DNA of 64,000 bases from the NCBI RefSeq assembly GCF_006345805.1, contig NC_042999.1, positions 101,866,001 to 101,930,000 on the forward strand, in the 5' to 3' direction. The translations under genes were made by a program, and so were the position numbers. Within the stretch, counting starts at the first letter, position 1; every line of letters begins with the position of its first letter. The stretch comes from Octopus sinensis. Its lineage: Eukaryota. Below the pieces are notes generated by a model. It searched no databases. It was not told where the DNA came from and saw only the letters and a program-made list of their open reading frames with translations. Below are positions 62,335 through 64,000 of this stretch, piece after piece.

Positions 62335-62820
62335 AACAATAACCTGCATATCTATTCTTAATACATTCCTGCAGATTCAAATGCAAACATACTAATCACT
62401 GTTGTATACATCACAGAACAGCTTCTCTCTTTTACGATAAAAAAGTGTTCATAACACACTTGGCTGACTGGTGCAAGGGATTCTGGGATACTTGTGTTTC
62501 AACAGATTGTGTCTTATCAGCCAGAAGTTGGCAGATAACAGTGCTGATCAGAAAACAAGTTGTTCACTGAAATTATAAACAAAGTCACTTGTTTGTTTCG
62601 GTTAAAAAAAATACTGGGTACTTCTGTCTTATGCAACACATGTTGAAATACTGGTATCCTAGAATCCCTTGCACCAATGAGCTTAGTGTATAATGAACAC
62701 ACTGTCATCTGTCATCATAAATGGAAGAAGCTGTTTTCCTGTGACATACACAATAGTGACTAGCATATTTGCATTCAAATCTGCTAGACTGCATTGAAAA
62801 TAAATGTGCAAGTTATTGTT
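62335..62820. mobile_element. ~486-bp foldback palindrome (long-TIR MITE-like)
   Basis: aacaataacctgcat...gcagattcaaatgcaaacatac...tggtgcaagggattctgggatac matches the reverse complement of the right half; pairing continues almost to the centre (~62575). Confidence 0.85.
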
Positions 62821-64000
62821 GATATAAAATACTTAATAATGAAAAATTTATTGGCAGCTTTTTAATTTTCAGTCAACACCACACACATACACATAAACGA
62901 GCCTTTAAAGGTTACTCAGCCTATAGCAGTCAAATTTTCCCCAAATTACACACTATTAGAAAAATAAATAAATAAACATATTTTTCAGTCTTAGATACAA
63001 AGAATTCCTATCCATGATGCAGGCCTAGGCATGGTTTTATTTAGAAAACCACCAACTTGCCCATGCATATAAGTCAGTTCATCATATGCCACCAATGTTG
63101 TCTAAGAAAAAAGGCAATGGCAAATGTAGTGTGGCACCATTGTCATTGCACATGTTGCCATCAGACACCACAAAGCATTTTATGCAGCACTCTAACAATT
63201 CTGCTGAGATTCTTATGCTCTGACTGGCATGTTATTAATCAACCTCAAAAAGATGAAGAGCAAAGTTGACTCGAGTGGGATTTGAACTTAAAACACAGAG
63301 AATCAGAGCAAATACAGTAAGGCACTCTATTCAATGCTCTAACGACTCTGCCAATTCATCATTTTCAATAAAAGACAGGATGGTCATACCTTCAGTCATA
63401 AGTATACTTGATTTTTGCTACCCTAGGGCTAAATAACAATGATAGCAACACAGATATATCTATGAGGTTAAATCTCTATTAAGGTCAAGTCCTGTTGAGA
63501 TCCATTTTGCTTTTTATCTTTCCATGGTTAATAAAAATTAGTATCAATAGTATATTGTATTGAGGTTGATTCAATCAATTCTTTACAGCATATTTATAAC
63601 CCTGATCTAAAGTTTGAAATCAATATATGTTAGCATCTCACATAATATAATACAGTAAGATGTAAAACTTTTATTTAACTGAGACTATATATGCAATCAA
63701 AAGACAAAACAATACCGTCTAAGAATGTTTAAAAGATAAAAGCAACCAAGGGAGATAATGCTAATAATATCAACCAATTAAAATTTTCAGAAAATAAAGA
63801 GGCACAGGCTTTGTTGTGTGGTAAGAAGCTTACTTCCCAACCATATGGTCCTAAGCTCAATCCCATTGCATGGTACCCAGGGCAATTGCCTTCTACTATA
63901 GCTCTGGGAAAGCCTCATGAATGGATTTGGCAGGAAGAAAATGAAAGAAACTTGTTGTGTGTATATATATAAATGTGAGTGTTCATTGTATCACTGTATT

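Overview
AT-rich, repeat-dense eukaryotic genomic DNA. The SINE/LINE/microsatellite repertoire points to a coleoid cephalopod, most likely Octopus (inference). Only two host-gene pieces are supportable, and both are first exons arranged head-to-head around a ~225-bp spacer near 31.6 kb. One is the 44-nt first coding exon of ARP3/ACTR3 on the minus strand (MSGRLPAVVIDNGTG); I found no exon 2 in the 31.4 kb downstream. The other is a candidate first exon of an unidentified plus-strand gene (MGQPQSGG..., overlapped by an out-of-frame uORF at a YY1-type AAGATGGCGGC motif). The rest is presumed intron filled with mobile DNA: RTE LINE pieces (one with RT plus an embedded PHD-like finger), a Penelope-like RT/GIY-YIG remnant, a both-ends-intact non-autonomous Helitron, full-length decayed mariner and maT-like transposons, hAT/piggyBac/MULE/mariner MITEs, several tRNA-derived SINE families, foldback palindromes and a 232-bp tandem array. 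The most interesting object is a ~210-bp tRNA-headed element at 40.8-41.0 kb carrying a minimal type I hammerhead ribozyme. Most ORFs in the supplied track are artefacts of microsatellites or repeats. Repeat boundaries were read by eye (+/- ~10-20 bp unless termini or TSDs are stated), and no database searches were run.
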